NCBI GenBank assembly: GCA_051362555.1
Contig: CM120645.1
Location: 11,842,001-11,906,000 of the forward strand
DNA: 64,000 nucleotides
From: Lingula anatina
Taxonomy: Eukaryota > Animalia > Brachiopoda
Direction of reading: 5' to 3'
Below are positions 38,935 to 53,900 of the stretch, piece after piece (position 1 is the stretch's first letter; every line of letters starts with the position of its first letter). A program made the translations under genes and the position numbers. Under the pieces are notes generated by a model. That model was given only the letters and a program-made list of their open reading frames with translations. It searched no databases and was not told the DNA's origin.

Positions 38935-41900
38935 AGAAGTAAATCCTTACATTTACAGTTCCACTACTAGTAGTCTTCTCCACATTGATTTCCATGACTC
39001 CCGTTTCCTTATTCACTTTCTTGCTCAACTTCATCGCACATGGTCCGCTGGGGTCGGGCTCATCACTGAATGGATCCTGACCCACAATGACCATGTACGG
39101 CTCACCGTTCTCAGGTGTCACAAACAGATCTTTGGCAATGGCATCGAAACGTCTAATTTCCTCTGGAGTTGGATTGCTCCAGTCCTTTCGGACCGGTGCT
39201 TCTCCAATCTGATTGGATGATATAGGTGGGTTCCCGCCTTTGTCATCTTGTTTTGGTGAAGTGGTGTCATCACCTGAGGAAACACATGGTACTTTATTTT
39301 TTTCAGATTCTTGAGCTAATTTTGCCTGTTTCTTTTTTTCCTTTTTTGCCGCTTTACGTTTTGCAGCTTCTTCTTTCTTGATTTTTTCTTTCATTCTCTC
39401 CTTTTCCTTAAGTATTTTTTGATTTTTATAATCCTCATATGTTTGCCCATGCTGAATACGTTCAAATAAACGTCTCCTTTCTAATTCAGCTGCATTTCGA
39501 AGCAACTGTTCTGCTGTGCGCATTTCTGGGTTACCACTTAGACGACTTGCATTAAAATCGTATGCAAGAAGATTGTCAACATCTGTTGCAGGTCCAAACT
39601 TTCTGTGGACATATTCCCGAAAATAATAGTAATCAGGAAACATTATTCTATCTCTCCAGTCCGTGCCCCGTTGTGCTGTGGGGTCGTAAAGAGGATTTTC
39701 AGGATCCTTGTAAAATCGCGGATCCCCATGAGCCCAATCTAGCACAAATAAGGGCTTGTTGTACGCTCCATTAAGGCGTTCCTGTACGTAACATTCTACA
39801 TCAATGTCATAATTATCAGGAAAAAAGTAACAACTATGCAGTCCATATTTAGGTTTCACTGGTACTAATCTTCCATGATCTACCTCCGTTTGAGGTTTTT
39901 CTTTTTGTCCAACATATTTATAGTAATTTGATTCACTTTTGGGGGGAGTCCAGTATGTATCGTCCATTGGATCTGTCTCGGGAGCGTCCAGCCAGCGCCG
40001 CAGACAATGGCAAACAGAACCACCAAATTTGATGTAAAGTGGAAGCAAAAAATAAACCTGGAAAAAGGTAAGAAAATAAACATTAAATGCATATTTCATG
40101 AAGTTGAATTTGATGAAACCGATGGAGCTGGAATGATCAATTGATCTCTCTAATCTGGCTTAGTTGAGAAATATACCATCAAACTAAACATTTAAACATG
40201 CGTTTAAAGGGATAACAACTGTTCATTTTGGCCAAAAAATGAATTTTCCTGGGGTAAACAGCAATTTTCTCATATTTACAAATGGTTAATGACTCCAATT
40301 CTACATTCAAAGTTACTAGTAGTACCTGTTTTTTTTCTAAAAAGTTTTCTAAAAAGAGTAAAGCTTTCCATGGAGGTCACATGGCAAGCAATATTTCAGA
40401 TTTATTGCTATCACTGCCATTTTTGTGGTAAAATAGAAAATATTATATTTCTACGAGTTGATTAAAATGTATTTATTGTGAAATATACATATTTCATATG
40501 AACATTTGTTATGTCTTTTAAGTGCTTGGTAAAATTAACAAGGCAGCAAAGCTGTCGAATGTACAGACAAAAAACAGGAAATAACGATCCACAAAATAGG
40601 CTACTGTCAATTCTGATGCAAAAGTACATTATGTTAAACTGCAAATTCAACATCAAATTTTAATTATGCTCAACAGGTAATACCAATGTAAGTAAAATGT
40701 GTAACAAGTTCACACTTTGAAAATGTATAACTTCCAGAAAAAGAAGCCAATTAGACTGCTTTTCCAACTCTGCATTTTAGTCCTGTATTTTTTTTTTCTT
40801 TTTCTTTTTTGAAAGTTTGGCAATCATAAGTAACATGGTTTTCCCATAATGGTCATCATGGCAGCAGCACCCAAAATTGTGTTTTCTTCTATTCTGATGC
40901 CATATTACATAATGGTTAACAGCATAATGACCGTTAATTTTTAATAATACAATATACGTATCATGGATTTTCAGAAAATGTGACTAGCATGGGTCTTCAA
41001 GCCCGTGGAACTTCAAAGTCACACCTTGAAAATATGTGAAAAATTAAATTTTCACCAAAAAAAACAAAAACAAAAACGTTTAACTGGCAGTAAGAATTAC
41101 CAAACAGACTGCATTGCCTACTGAAGCTGTATTTTAGTCCCATGTTTCTTTCCTGTAAGTTTGAGAACAGTAAGTGACATTTTTTTTTTAATGTTCATCA
41201 AGGGAGCAGTGCCCAAAATAGTTTTTTTTTTTCAAATTTTGATGCAATATTTCATAATATTTAACAGCATAATGACCATCAATTTTAATAATAAAATATC
41301 AGTATTATGGATATTCAGAAAATGTGACTAGCAAAGGTCTTCAGGCCCATGGAACTTCAAAGTCACAACTTGAAAATGCCAAAATGGAAACAAGACAGCA
41401 ATGTTCTGAAATTTTTTTCCCAGTTTTAACAATTTCTAACATAAAACAAAATTAACAGTTTACTACAGTTTTTATATGATCAACTAAGAAAATTGATGAG
41501 ATGGGAAAAATATTAATAGAGCAGCATTAAATGTCCAATTTCTTCCATTCTGAGATTCTGAACATAGTGAATGATTGAATCTGACAAACTGCAATGATAT
41601 GAGTTTATTTCCATTTTTTAAACTTTATTACACAATACACGATAACAAGTTTACCATCATTTTTACATAATCAAGTAATGATGTTGTAAAGATGCAGGAA
41701 ATGCCAAACAAACACTTTTACGTATCTTATTAATTAAAAATTGAAACTGTTAACATGCCTAAAAATTTAATCTGAGGAAATGTGAAAAAACAGCATAACT
41801 TTAAAATAATGGCCCGATTATGCTGATTTTTGAACTCAACCTGCGTTTTAGCAAAAATGACCACTCCTGTGAGTTTAATGACAATTGGCCTATCTGTTTT

Positions 41901-44900
41901 TCGTATATTGTGTTTACAGTGTTGCATATATGCTGAAAAATGAAAAAACAGCATAACTACCAAAGTAGTGGCCCTATCATGCCGATTTTCGAACTTGACC
42001 TGTGTTATAGTAAGATCGATTACTCCTGTGAGTTTCATGACAACAGGCCTATCGATTTTCCTTGAAATGTGTTTACAGTGTTGCATATATGCTGAAAAGT
42101 GAAAAAATAGCATAACTTCCTCAATAATGGCCTGATCATGCTGATTTTCGAACTTGACCTGCATTTTATGAATATTCATCAGCTCTGTAAATATAAAGCC
42201 AAAAAGTAAAACTGCCTTCCACTTATCGTGTTTACAAGGAAAGTGCACGGCGCCGGCGACAGTGACGGCGACAGTGACGGCGACGACGACAGATGCAGGT
42301 GATGGCAATATGTACAGACACATCTGTACTTATTTACTGTACTGTTTGAGAACAGTAAGTGACATGGTTTTTCTTAAATGGTCATCATGGGAGCAGTGCC
42401 CAAAATAGGTTTTTTCAGATTTTGATGCAATATTACATAATGTTTAACAGCATAATGACCATCAATTTTTAATAATAAAATATTAGTATCATGGATATTC
42501 AGAAAATGTGACTAGCAAAGGTCTTCAGGCCCATGGAACTTCAAAGTCACAACTTGAAAATGCCAAAATGTAAACAAAGACAGCACTGTTCTGAAATGTT
42601 TTTTTTTTCATTTTTAACAATTTTTTTAACATAAAACAAAATAAACAGTTTACTGCCATTTTTATACGATCAACTAAGAAAATTGATGAGATGGGAAAAA
42701 TATCAACAGAGCAGTGTTAAATGTCCAATTTCTTCCATTCTGAGATTCTGAACATAGTGAATGATTGAATCTGACAAACTGCAATGATATGAGTTTATTT
42801 CCATTTTTTAAACTTTATTACACAATACACAATAACAAGTTTACCATCATTTTTACAAAATCAACTAACAATGTTGTAAAGATGCAGGAAATGTCAAACA
42901 AACACTTTTACGTATCTTATTAGTTTAATAATGAGACTGTTAACATGCCTAAGAATTGAATCTGAGGAAATGTGAAAAATATGCTGAAAAGTGAAAAAAC
43001 AGCATAACTTCTACAATAATGGCCCGATCATGCTGATTTTCGAACTTGACCTGCGTTTTATGAATATTCATCAGCTCTGTAAATATAAAGCCAAAAAGTA
43101 AAACTGCCCTCCACTTATCGTGTTTACAAGGAAAGTGCACGGCGCCGGCATCGCCATCGGCATCGCCATCGGCGACGACAGACGCAGGTGATGGCAATAT
43201 GTACAGACACATCTGTGTCTGTACATAAAAAGCATGATTTTGGATTGTAAACAAGGCAGCAAAGCTGTCAAATGTACAGACAAAAAAACAGAAAATAAAG
43301 ATGCAAATAAGTGAAAAATTAAATTTTCACAAAAAACTGTTTAACTGCCAAAAAAAAAAAAAAAAAAATACCAAACAGACTGCATTGCCTACTGAAGCTG
43401 TATTTTAGTCCCATGTTTCTTTCCTGTAAGTTTGAGAACAGTAAGTGACATGATTTTCCTTAAATGGTCATCATGGAAGCAGTGTCCAAAATAGGGGTTT
43501 CTTCAAATTTTGATGCAATATTACATAATGTTTAACAGCTTAATGACCATCAATTTTTAATTATAAAATATTTGTATCACAGATATTCAGAAAATGCGAC
43601 GAGCAAAGGTCTTCAGGCCCTTGGAACTTCAAAGTCACACCTTGAAAATGCCAAAATGTAAACAAGACAGCACTGTTCTGAAATGGGTTTATTTCCATTT
43701 TTAACACTTTTTTAACATAAAACAAAATAAACATTTTACTGCCATTTTTATATGACCAACTAAGAAAATTGATGAGATGGGAAAAGTATCAATAGAACAG
43801 TGTTAAATGTCCAATTTCCTCCATTCTGAGATTCTGAACATAGTGGATGATTGAATCTGACAAACTGCAATGATATGAGTTTATTTCCATTTTTGACACT
43901 TTATTACACAATACATGATAACAAGTTTACCATGTTTTTTACATAATCAACTAACAATGTTGTAAAGATGCAGGAAATATCAAACAAACACTTTTAGGCA
44001 TCTTATTAGTTAAATAATGAGACTGTTAACATGCCTAATAATTGAATCTGAGGAAATGTGAAAAAACAGTATAACTTCTAAAATAATGTCCCGATTATGC
44101 TGATTTTCGAACTCAACCTTCGTTTTAGTAAGATTGACCACTCCTGTGAATATAATTACAATTGGCCAATCCGTTTTTCTTATATTGTGTTATCAGTGTT
44201 GCATTTATATTGAAAATAGTGAAAAAACAGCATAAATTCCCTAAAAATGGCCCAATCATGCTGATTTTCGAACTTGACCTGCGTATTATAAATATTTATC
44301 AGTTCTGTAAGTTTCAAGTCAAAAGGTAAAATGGTTTTCCACTTATCGTGTTATCGGTGCTGCATATATGCTGAAAAAAGTGAAAAAAACAGCATAAATT
44401 CCCTAAAAGTGACCCGATCATGCTGATTTTCGAACTTGACCTGCGTATTATGAATATTCATCAGTTCTGTAAGTTTAAAGCCAAAAGGTAAAATGGTTTT
44501 CCACTTATCGTGTTATCGGTGCTGCATATATGCTGAAAAAAAGTGAAAAAACAACATAAATTCCCTAATAGTGACCCGATCATGCTGATTTTCGAACTTG
44601 ACCTGCGTAATATGAATATCCATTAGTTCTGCAAGTTTCAAGCCAAAAGGTAAAATGATTTTTCACTTATCATGTTATCAGTGTTGCATATATGTTGAAA
44701 AAAGTGAAAAAATAGCATAACTCCCCTAAAAATGGCCCGATCATGCTGATTTTCGAACTTGACCTGCGGATTATGAATATTCACCAGTTTCGTAAGTTTC
44801 AAGCCAAAAAGTAAAATGGTTTTCTACTTATCGTGTTATCGGTGCTGCATATATGCTAAAAAAGTGAAAAAACAGCATAAATTCCCTATAAGTCACCCGA

Positions 44901-47900
44901 TCATGCTGATTTTCGAACTTGACCTGCGTATTATGAATATTTATCAATTCTGTTAGTTTCAAGCTGAAATAAAAAACAGTTTTCCACTTATCGTGTTATC
45001 GGTAAAAGTGCACGACGGCGACGACGGCCCCGACAGCGACGACAGACGCAGATGATGGCTATATGTACAGACACATCTGTGTCTGTACATAAAAAAACAA
45101 TTTTCCACTTATCGTGTTATCGGTAAAAGTGCACGGCGACGACGGCAACGACGGCAACGGCGACGACAGACGCAGATGACGGCTATATGTACAGACACAT
45201 CTGTGTCTGTACATAATAATAAGTAACACAGTTTTCTTTTCATAATGTTTGCAGTAGCAATGCAAAAATATTGTTGTCAATTTTGATGTAACATTACATA
45301 ATAAATTATAGAATAATTATCACCAATCTTGTAAGGTTTAGTTTACTTTTGTTGTGATTGAGGAGCCTGATGTCCGGCTCATCTAATGCATTCATTTACA
45401 TAAATGACAAGTTTTCATTCAGGGTGGTGCCTCATGAGTTTTGCACTTTGTTTCATTCATCACAGTGTCTCCGTAGGAGAAACACATAGTACTCTTACTT
45501 TTGAATCAGTTATTTCTACTTGAAATTTATAGTTTAAAGGAATGGCAGAAATGGTGAGTTTTAATACTGTTTATTGATTATTATTGATTATTGATGATTA
45601 GTTATTTATTATTGGTGATTATTGAAATGTATAAGTTTTTTGAGTAAGTAAATTTGAACACGTAAATAACCCTTAGTAAGTACATTGTTGTAATTTTCTT
45701 TTTCTTTTCTTCTTTTTTTTAGTTTTTACGTGTCTTGTGAATCCATGTGAATAAACCAAGATCCAGTGAAAAACACATGCCTTTTCTTTGACTTTTAATA
45801 CACCTATATAGTCCTTGCGTGCTATATAAAGTAAAAACATTTCTCAATCATCCCACGGAAATTTCCATCATGGCGTACCACGGCAGCTTACAAGATTTCG
45901 GACTATCCCATAGACGATTCAGAACCAACAGTTTACGTTCGGCATCGGAATCCCAAAGGACGAAAGCAGCGCTTGCTATGGCTAATGCTCAGTTGGAATT
46001 CGAAGAAGCGGAAACCGCACTAAGGCGTCGGTATCGTGAGCAAGAGCTAAAAGACGAAATGAGAATGCTTTCCCTACGAGCCCAGGTGAGACGGCGGGAA
46101 ATTGAGGCTGAAATTCAGGAAGACGCATCTTTATCGGAACACAACTTCACGATTGACCGCTACTTTAATTCCATGGAAGAAGGTAACGTTGATACTATTG
46201 ATGCACATAATCTGACAAATTCCGATCATGTTTCTCATCAACATATCAGTGCACAACAGCAACAGCAGAGTGAGCAACAGCGGTCACGCATGAATGCACA
46301 TCACCCGCATTCAACGCAACAGCTTCAGCAATTAGGAGTGTCATATGAGACGGAGCCCACTCAACCGAAACCGATGTCAAGGACAAATCAACCACAGCAG
46401 TTCCCTACGGCAGCCCAGTCGTCACAACCGTCACAGCTACAGCAACCGTACAGTGTGCCATCCCATACAGATCCAGCGTTGACATTTAACCCCCATGCAA
46501 CAGAATATACACCGATGACAGCACAGTCAACTGGCACGTCTACCATAGAGCAACAACGTCAACTTACCATGAATGACCAAGTAGCACACTTACTTCAACA
46601 ACAACAACGAGCTTTACAAGAAATCACACTGAACCAAGAAATGCCCAAACGTGAGTACTTGTATTTCAATGGTGATCCCGTATCATACCCGACTTTCATA
46701 AGAAACTTTGAGACTAATATTGAACAAAGAGTACCAGACTTTAGAAGTAAACTGTCATACCTCATACAGTACTGCACAGGTGAAGCCAAAGAAGCCATAA
46801 AAAGCTGTGTCATACTTGAACCAGAGGAAGGTTATTTCCAAGCTAGAAACATATTACAGACTCATTTCGGACAAAAACACATCATCATCAAAGCTATGTT
46901 GGAGAAAATAGTAACAGGTCCTCCCATTAAAGCGTCAGACGTTACACGACTCTCCAAGCTCTCAAGAGACATGACTACGTGCCAAATGACAGCATCCAAG
47001 ATGGGATACTATGAAGATTTGAATTCTATGGATACTCTGGAAAAAGTGGTCCGGCGATTACCGCAATATTTCCAAGCTGGATGGGCCAAACGTTCCGGGA
47101 AATTGTTTAATCAGTGGATTGAGGTCAAGTTCAAGGATCTCGCAGATTACCTGGAGGAAATGGTACAGATTGCCAACACAAGATTCGGACAATTGGTAGG
47201 ATCCAAGCCGGATGTGAAACCTAAGTCGAAGGTCAGTTGTCATAACTCGTCCTATAAAACTACAACCCTAGCCACTAACGTTCATCCTGCCGAGAAAAGC
47301 AACAGTAACTCCAACAAGTCCCAGCCATCGTCAGTCCAGAGAGACCCGTGTGTGTTTTGCTCTGGAAATCATACTATCAAGCAATGTTTCAAATTTGCTA
47401 GAATGAATTACAGCGATAGGAGAAATTTTGTGTCGGAAAACAAACTGTGTTTCAATTGTCTTCAGTCCAACCCTCCGCACACTGCGAGAACGTGTCAATG
47501 GAAACAATTGTGTCAAGTCCCTGGATGTGGCAAGCGACATCACGCGTTACTACACCCACCCTGTGTACCTGCCAACAGCCCCGCACTGCAACGTGAGCCT
47601 GGTGCCAACGCTACGTCTGTTGTTACTGACCCCGTAGTTGCAGTCCAGAGTGCTGCGGTAGCGACAGGAAAAAGAATCAGTCTACAGATTGTCCCAGTGA
47701 CCGTGAGCGGCGGCAATGGTGGACCGATTATTGAAACTTATGCATTTTTAGATAATGGATCTGATCACAGTTTATGTTTACACAGTTTAGCTGAAAAGTT
47801 AGGTGTCAGAGGGAAACCTATCCAGTACAGTGTCAGTACAGTTAACGATGAAAGTTGCGTAAACCAAGGGCAAGAAGTACAGCTAGAAGTGAAAGCTATC

Positions 47901-50900
47901 AATAGCCAGCAAGGATTGATTCTAGATCAAGTTTGGACGACCGACAGACTACCCATCTGTGAAAAGAACATTCCAAACAATGAGGACATTTCAGAGTGGA
48001 GCCATTTGAAAGATGTCCAACTGCCAGAGCTAGATGACAAAACAGTTACCATTCTCATCGGTAATGATCACCCTGAAGCTCATTGGCGCATAGAAGAGAG
48101 GCGAGGAGATAAGAAACAACCGTACGCGATCCGAACGATTTTAGGATGGACTATATTAGGTCCCATGAAAAGACCAAATGATGGTGACGTCACGGTTAAT
48201 TTCATTCACGCAGACCAGGTACTCGGATGTGACAATTCTCTGAGAGGCTGCGATTCTATTTCTACCCAACTAAGCAAGATTTACAACAGTGAATTCAGTG
48301 AATCTTCAGTTAGCAACAGCCAATGCATGTCGTTAGAAGATAAGAAAGCGAAGAGGATCATGGATGAGTCCGTAGTATTTGTTGAAGGACATTACCAAGT
48401 TTCCCTTCCTTGGAAGTCAGACGAGCTCTTACCCAATAATAAGCCAGCAGCTGAAAAGCGCTTGAATCTGCTCAAAAGACGTTTACAGCGTGACGAAAAA
48501 CTACGAGAGAAGTATACTCAAGCTCTCCAGGAGTATATTGATAAAGGACACGCTCAGAAGATTGACCACAGAAATCTGCATAACAACAGCAATTCTGTTT
48601 GGTACTTACCTCATCACCCTGTGATCAATTCAAAGAAGTCCAAAATTAGAGTTGTCTTCGATTGTGCAGCGAAATATGCAGGCGTTTCGCTGAATGATTC
48701 CTTGTTACAGGGTCCGGATTTGACCAATTCACTCATTGGAGTTCTCCTTAGATTCCGCCAGGAGAAGATAGCCATTGTTGCTGATATTGAGCAAATGTAT
48801 CATCAAGTGAGAGTGCACCCTGATGATCGTGACGCCTTACGATTCCTATGGTGGCCGGCAGGAGATCTCAGCAAACAACCAGAAGAATACCAAATGCTAG
48901 TCCACGTGTTTGGCGCTACTTCCTCTGCAAGTTGTACAGTCTACGCTCTTCTCAAAAATGCAGAAGATCATGGAAAGGACTTTGATTTCCAGACCGTTGA
49001 AACTGTCTACAGAAACTTCTATGTTGACGATTGCTTAAAGTCTGTAGAGACTGTCGATGAAGCTAAGAGGATGATCACTCAACTCACCTCATTACTGCAG
49101 AAAGGTGGATTTCATCTGACCAAGTGGATATCGAACCAGGAGGAAGTTCTATCCAGTGTGCCCACTGCGGAGCAAGCACCGTCGGTCAGAAATGTAAACT
49201 TTGACAAACAGCCGATAGAACATGCGTTAGGCGTACAGTGGAACATAGAAAAGGATACATTTGGATACTGCGTCCGTGAAAGGGATGTAAAGAATACCCG
49301 CAGAGGTATTTTGTCATTTATTGCATCTATATATGATCCACTGGGTTTTGCAGCGCCACTTATTCTCAAACCTAAACAGATACTCCAAGAATTGTGTCGG
49401 GAAGGCATTGCGTGGGACAGTGACTTACCTGCAGAGGATCTTAATGCATGGACACAGTGGAGAGAAGGATTGGACAATTTACAAAGAATTGAAGTCCCAA
49501 GATGCTACAAATCAGCTCAATTAGCAGATATTCAGTCCATTGAACTTCACCATTTTTCAGATGCCTCGTTATCCGGCTACGGCATTGTTTCCTACTTGCG
49601 ATTTGTTGATATTAACCAGCAAGTATCTTGCACCATTGTCATGGGGAAATCACGTGTTGCGGCTCTGAAAACAGTGACTGTTCCTCGAATGGAGCTAACA
49701 GCAGCTACATTGTCTGCGAAAGTTCACAAACAAATGATGGAGGAGCTACAACTGCCCATTCATCGTGTTGTTTTCTGGACAGATTCTACGATTGTGCTCC
49801 AGTATATTCGGAATTCCGCGACCAGATTCCATGTTTTTGTTGCCAATCGTCTACAAATTATACATGATGTTTCATCCCCATCGCAGTGGTATCATGTTGA
49901 TTCAGAACAGAACCCGGCAGATTACGCTTCCAGAGGAATACAGCTCAGAAGTGATAACGGTGATGACATAAAGCGTTGGTTACATGGCCCAGCTTTCTTG
50001 TATCAGCCCGAGATACATTGGCCGAAACAACCAGATAATCTACATGAAATTCCAGAAAATGACAGAGAAGTGAAACGTAAATCAGCTCAGATACACGTCA
50101 CTACGTCGACGGAAGTATCGGACGGTGTAGAGCGATTGTTGCATCATTTCTCATCGTGGTATACTTTACAGAAATCAGTTGCCTGGATTTTGCGTTTCAA
50201 ACGCTACTTACTGTCCCGCGTGAGACAATTGACAGTAAATAGAAACAATGGACCATTAACAGTACAGGAAATCGCGCTTGCTACTGATGCCATTGTGATG
50301 TATGTACAAGCAAAATCATTTCCCAAAGAGTGCAACGTTGTATCATCTGCAATGACCAAAAAACCCGATTCCAAGGGATACGTGAGCCCATTGTGCAAGC
50401 TATCTCCGATCAAAATTGAAGGGATTCTTTGTGTAGGAGGACGTCTCCAGAATGCAGCGATATCTACCTCACAGAAACACCCGAAAATTCTACCGCATGA
50501 TCATCACGTCACTGAAATCATTGTGCGACATTATCACATTAAGGAAGGACATGTGGGAGCATATCACGTGTTATCTGTGATACGTCAAGAATTTTGGATA
50601 ACGCGTGGATTGTCAACAGTGAAAAAAGTCATTCGCAAGTGCATGGTGTGCCGCAGATGGAATGCAGTTCCCAGTACTCAAGTTATGGCCCCACTTCCAA
50701 GAAGTCGTGTGACACCAGGGAAGCCACCATTTCATTCAGTAGGTGTCGACTACTTTGGACCACTGTTAGTGAAATGCGGAAGACGAACAAATAAGCATTA
50801 TGGTTGCATTTTTACGTGCATGGCGACTAGAGCAGTTCATTTGGAGATATCATATAATCTGTCATCAGACTCGTTCATTCAAGCAGTTTTGCGTTTCATT

Positions 50901-53900
50901 AGTCGGCGAGGACCGCCGTGTGAAATTTTCAGTGACAACGGGACTAATTTCAGAGGTGCTGAAGCAGATCTAAAACGCATTTTACAGCAGTGGAATCAAG
51001 AAAAAATCAGTGATTCTCTTTTACAACGCAACATTCAGTGGCATTTCAACCCTCCAAGTGCAAGCCACGCAGGTGGCGTATGGGAGCGTTTAATCAGATC
51101 AGTGCGGAAAATCATGCGTTCAGTCTTGGGAAATAGATTGGTGGATGACGAAACATTAATTACTGTACTTGCTGAAGTTGAGAAAATCATGAATGATCGT
51201 CCGTTGATCCGCAAAGCAGACCATTATTACGAACTAGAAACTTTGTCACCAAACCAACTACTGTTGCTGCGTTCGAATCCCTGTTTGCCCGCTGACAATT
51301 TCACAGAACGTGATCAATATAATGAACAGTGGAAACACGCGCAGTTAATTGCAGACCAATTCTGGCAGCGATGGATTAAAGAATACCTACCAGTGCTTCA
51401 AGAACGTCAGAAATGGCTCCGACCAGCAAAGAACTTTGAAAAAGGTGACTTTGTTTTACTTATTGATGAAAATGCCTTTCGCGGCCAGTGGCCTAAAGGA
51501 CTGATAGAGGAAACTTTTCCTGATAAATACGGACATGTGCGCCAGGTGATTGTTAAAACAGCCAAGGGACGCTTTCGCCGTGATGTGCGAAAACTGTGTT
51601 TATTGGAAGGAAATTTTGTTTAATGTGCAATGCATTTAAGTGACAATGACTTTAAAGGACATTTTTTGAGTAAATTAAATAGTGTTTATATTTGATTAGA
51701 AAGGCTATTTTGAATCTTGATTAAATCGCCTTTCGGTGGCCGGTATGTAAGGTTTAGTTTACTTTTGTTGTGATTGAGGAGCCTGATGTCCGGCTCATCT
51801 AATGCATTCATTTACATAAATGACAAGTTTTCATTCAGGGTGGTGCCTCATGAGTTTTGCACTTTGTTTCATTCATCACAGTGTCTCCGTAGGAGAAACA
51901 CATAGTACTCTTACTTTTGAATCAGTTATTTCTACTTGAAATTTATAGTTTAAAGGAATGGCAGAAATGGTGAGTTTTAATACTGTTTATTGATTATTAT
52001 TGATTATTGATGATTAGTTATTTATTATTGGTGATTATTGAAATGTATAAGTTTTTTGAGTAAGTAAATTTGAACACGTAAATAACCCTTAGTAAGTACA
52101 TTGTTGTAATTTTCTTTTTCTTTTCTTCTTTTTTTTAGTTTTTACGTGTCTTGTGAATCCATGTGAATAAACCAAGATCCAGTGAAAAACACATGCCTTT
52201 TCTTTGACTTTTAATACACCTATATAGTCCTTGCGTGCTATATAAATCTTGATTATTGACAATAAATAGCATGGACATGTAGAAAATTTGATTACCATTC
52301 GGCTTCATGTCCATGGGAGCTCCGAGTCCCACAATGAATATGCCAAAAAGATAATGAATATTTCATTCAAATGTATAACTTCCAGAAAAAGAAGCCAATT
52401 AGACTGCTTTTCCAACTCATTCTGCATTTTAGTCCTGTGTTTCTTTTTTAAAGGTTTGACAGTCATAACACGGTTTTCCCATAATGCTCATCATAGCAGC
52501 AGCACCAAAAATTGTGTTTTCTTCTATTTTGATGCAATATTACATAATGCTTAACAGCATAATGACCATCAATTTTTAATAATAGAATATTAGTAACATG
52601 GACATTCAGAAAACGTGACAAGCAAAGGTCTTCAGGATCATGGAACTTCAAAGTCACACCTTGAAAATGCCGATAAGTGAGAAATTAAATTTTCACAAAA
52701 AACTGTTTAACTGCCAGAAAAAATTACCAAACAGACTGCATTGCCAACTGAAGCTGTATTTTAGACCCATGTTTCTTTCCTGTAAGTTTGAGAACGGTAA
52801 TTGACATGATTTTTGTTAAATGGTCATTATGAGAGCAGTGCCCAAAATAGGGGTTTCTTCAAATTTTGATGCAATATTACATAATGTTTAACAGCATAAT
52901 GACCATCAATTTTTAATAATGGAATATTAGTCACATGAACATTCAGAAAACGTGACTAGCAAAGGTCTGCAGGCTCATGGAACTTCAAAGTCACACCTTG
53001 AAAATGCCAATATTTAAAAAATTAAATTTTCACAAAAAACTGTTTAACTGCCAGAAAAAATTACCAAACAGACTGCATTGCCTACTGAAGCTGTATTTTA
53101 GACCCATGTTTCTTTCCTGTAAGTTTGAAAACAGTAAGTGACATGGTTTTTCTTAAATGGTCATCATGGGAGCAGTGCCCAAAATAGGGGTTTCTTCAAA
53201 TTTTGATGCAATATTACATAATGTTTAACAGCATAATGACCATCAATTTTTAATAATAGAATATTAGTAACATGAACATTCAGAAAACGTGACTAGCAAA
53301 GGTCTGCAGGCTCATGGAACTTCAAAGTCACACCTTGAAAATGCCAATATGTGAAAAATTAAATTTTCACAAAAAACTGTTTAACTGCCAGAAACAATTA
53401 CCAAACAGACTGCATTGCCTACTGAAGCTGTATTTTAGCCCTATATTTCTTTCCTGTAAGTTTGAAAACAGTAAGTGACATGGTTTTTCTTAAATGGCCA
53501 TCATGGGAGCAGTGCCCAAAATAGGGGTTTCTTCAAAGTTTGACGCAATATTACATAATGTTTAACAGCATAATGACCATCAATTTTTAATAATAAAATA
53601 TTAGTATCATGGATATTCAGAAAATGTGATTAGCAAAGGTCTGCAGGCTCATGAAACTTCAAAGTCACATCTTAAAAATGCCAAAATGTAAACAAGACAG
53701 CACTGTTCTGAAATGGGTTTAATTTACATTTTTAACATTTTTTTAACATAAAACAAAATAAACAGTTTGTTGCCATTTTTATATGACCAACTAAGAAAAT
53801 TGATGAGATGGGAAAAATATCAATAAAACAGTGTTTAATGTCCAATTTCCTCCATTCTGAGTTTCTGAACATAGTGGATGATTGAATCTGACAAACTGCA

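Noticed and set aside
40203-40536. TTAA-AGGGATA start resembling a Kolobok or piggyBac-type terminus
   Set aside because: I could not find a matching opposite terminus or TSD in the window.
41730-42323. 197-aa ORF, and related MCLYILPSPASVV / MYRHRCVCTY ORFs at 24583, 33136, 42949, 45059, 55824 and 57014
   Set aside because: These are chance translations of HINE head and satellite sequence. Frames are not maintained between copies and there are no Rep/helicase motifs.
45819-45869. ORF-track start of the BEL polyprotein at 45819
   Set aside because: It is a GTG inside the LTR end. The first ATG in good context is at 45870.
46595-50794. Small alternate-frame and antisense ORFs within the BEL pol (and within LINE ORF2 and the NXPE gene)
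   Set aside because: Short shadow ORFs of long coding regions with no motifs.
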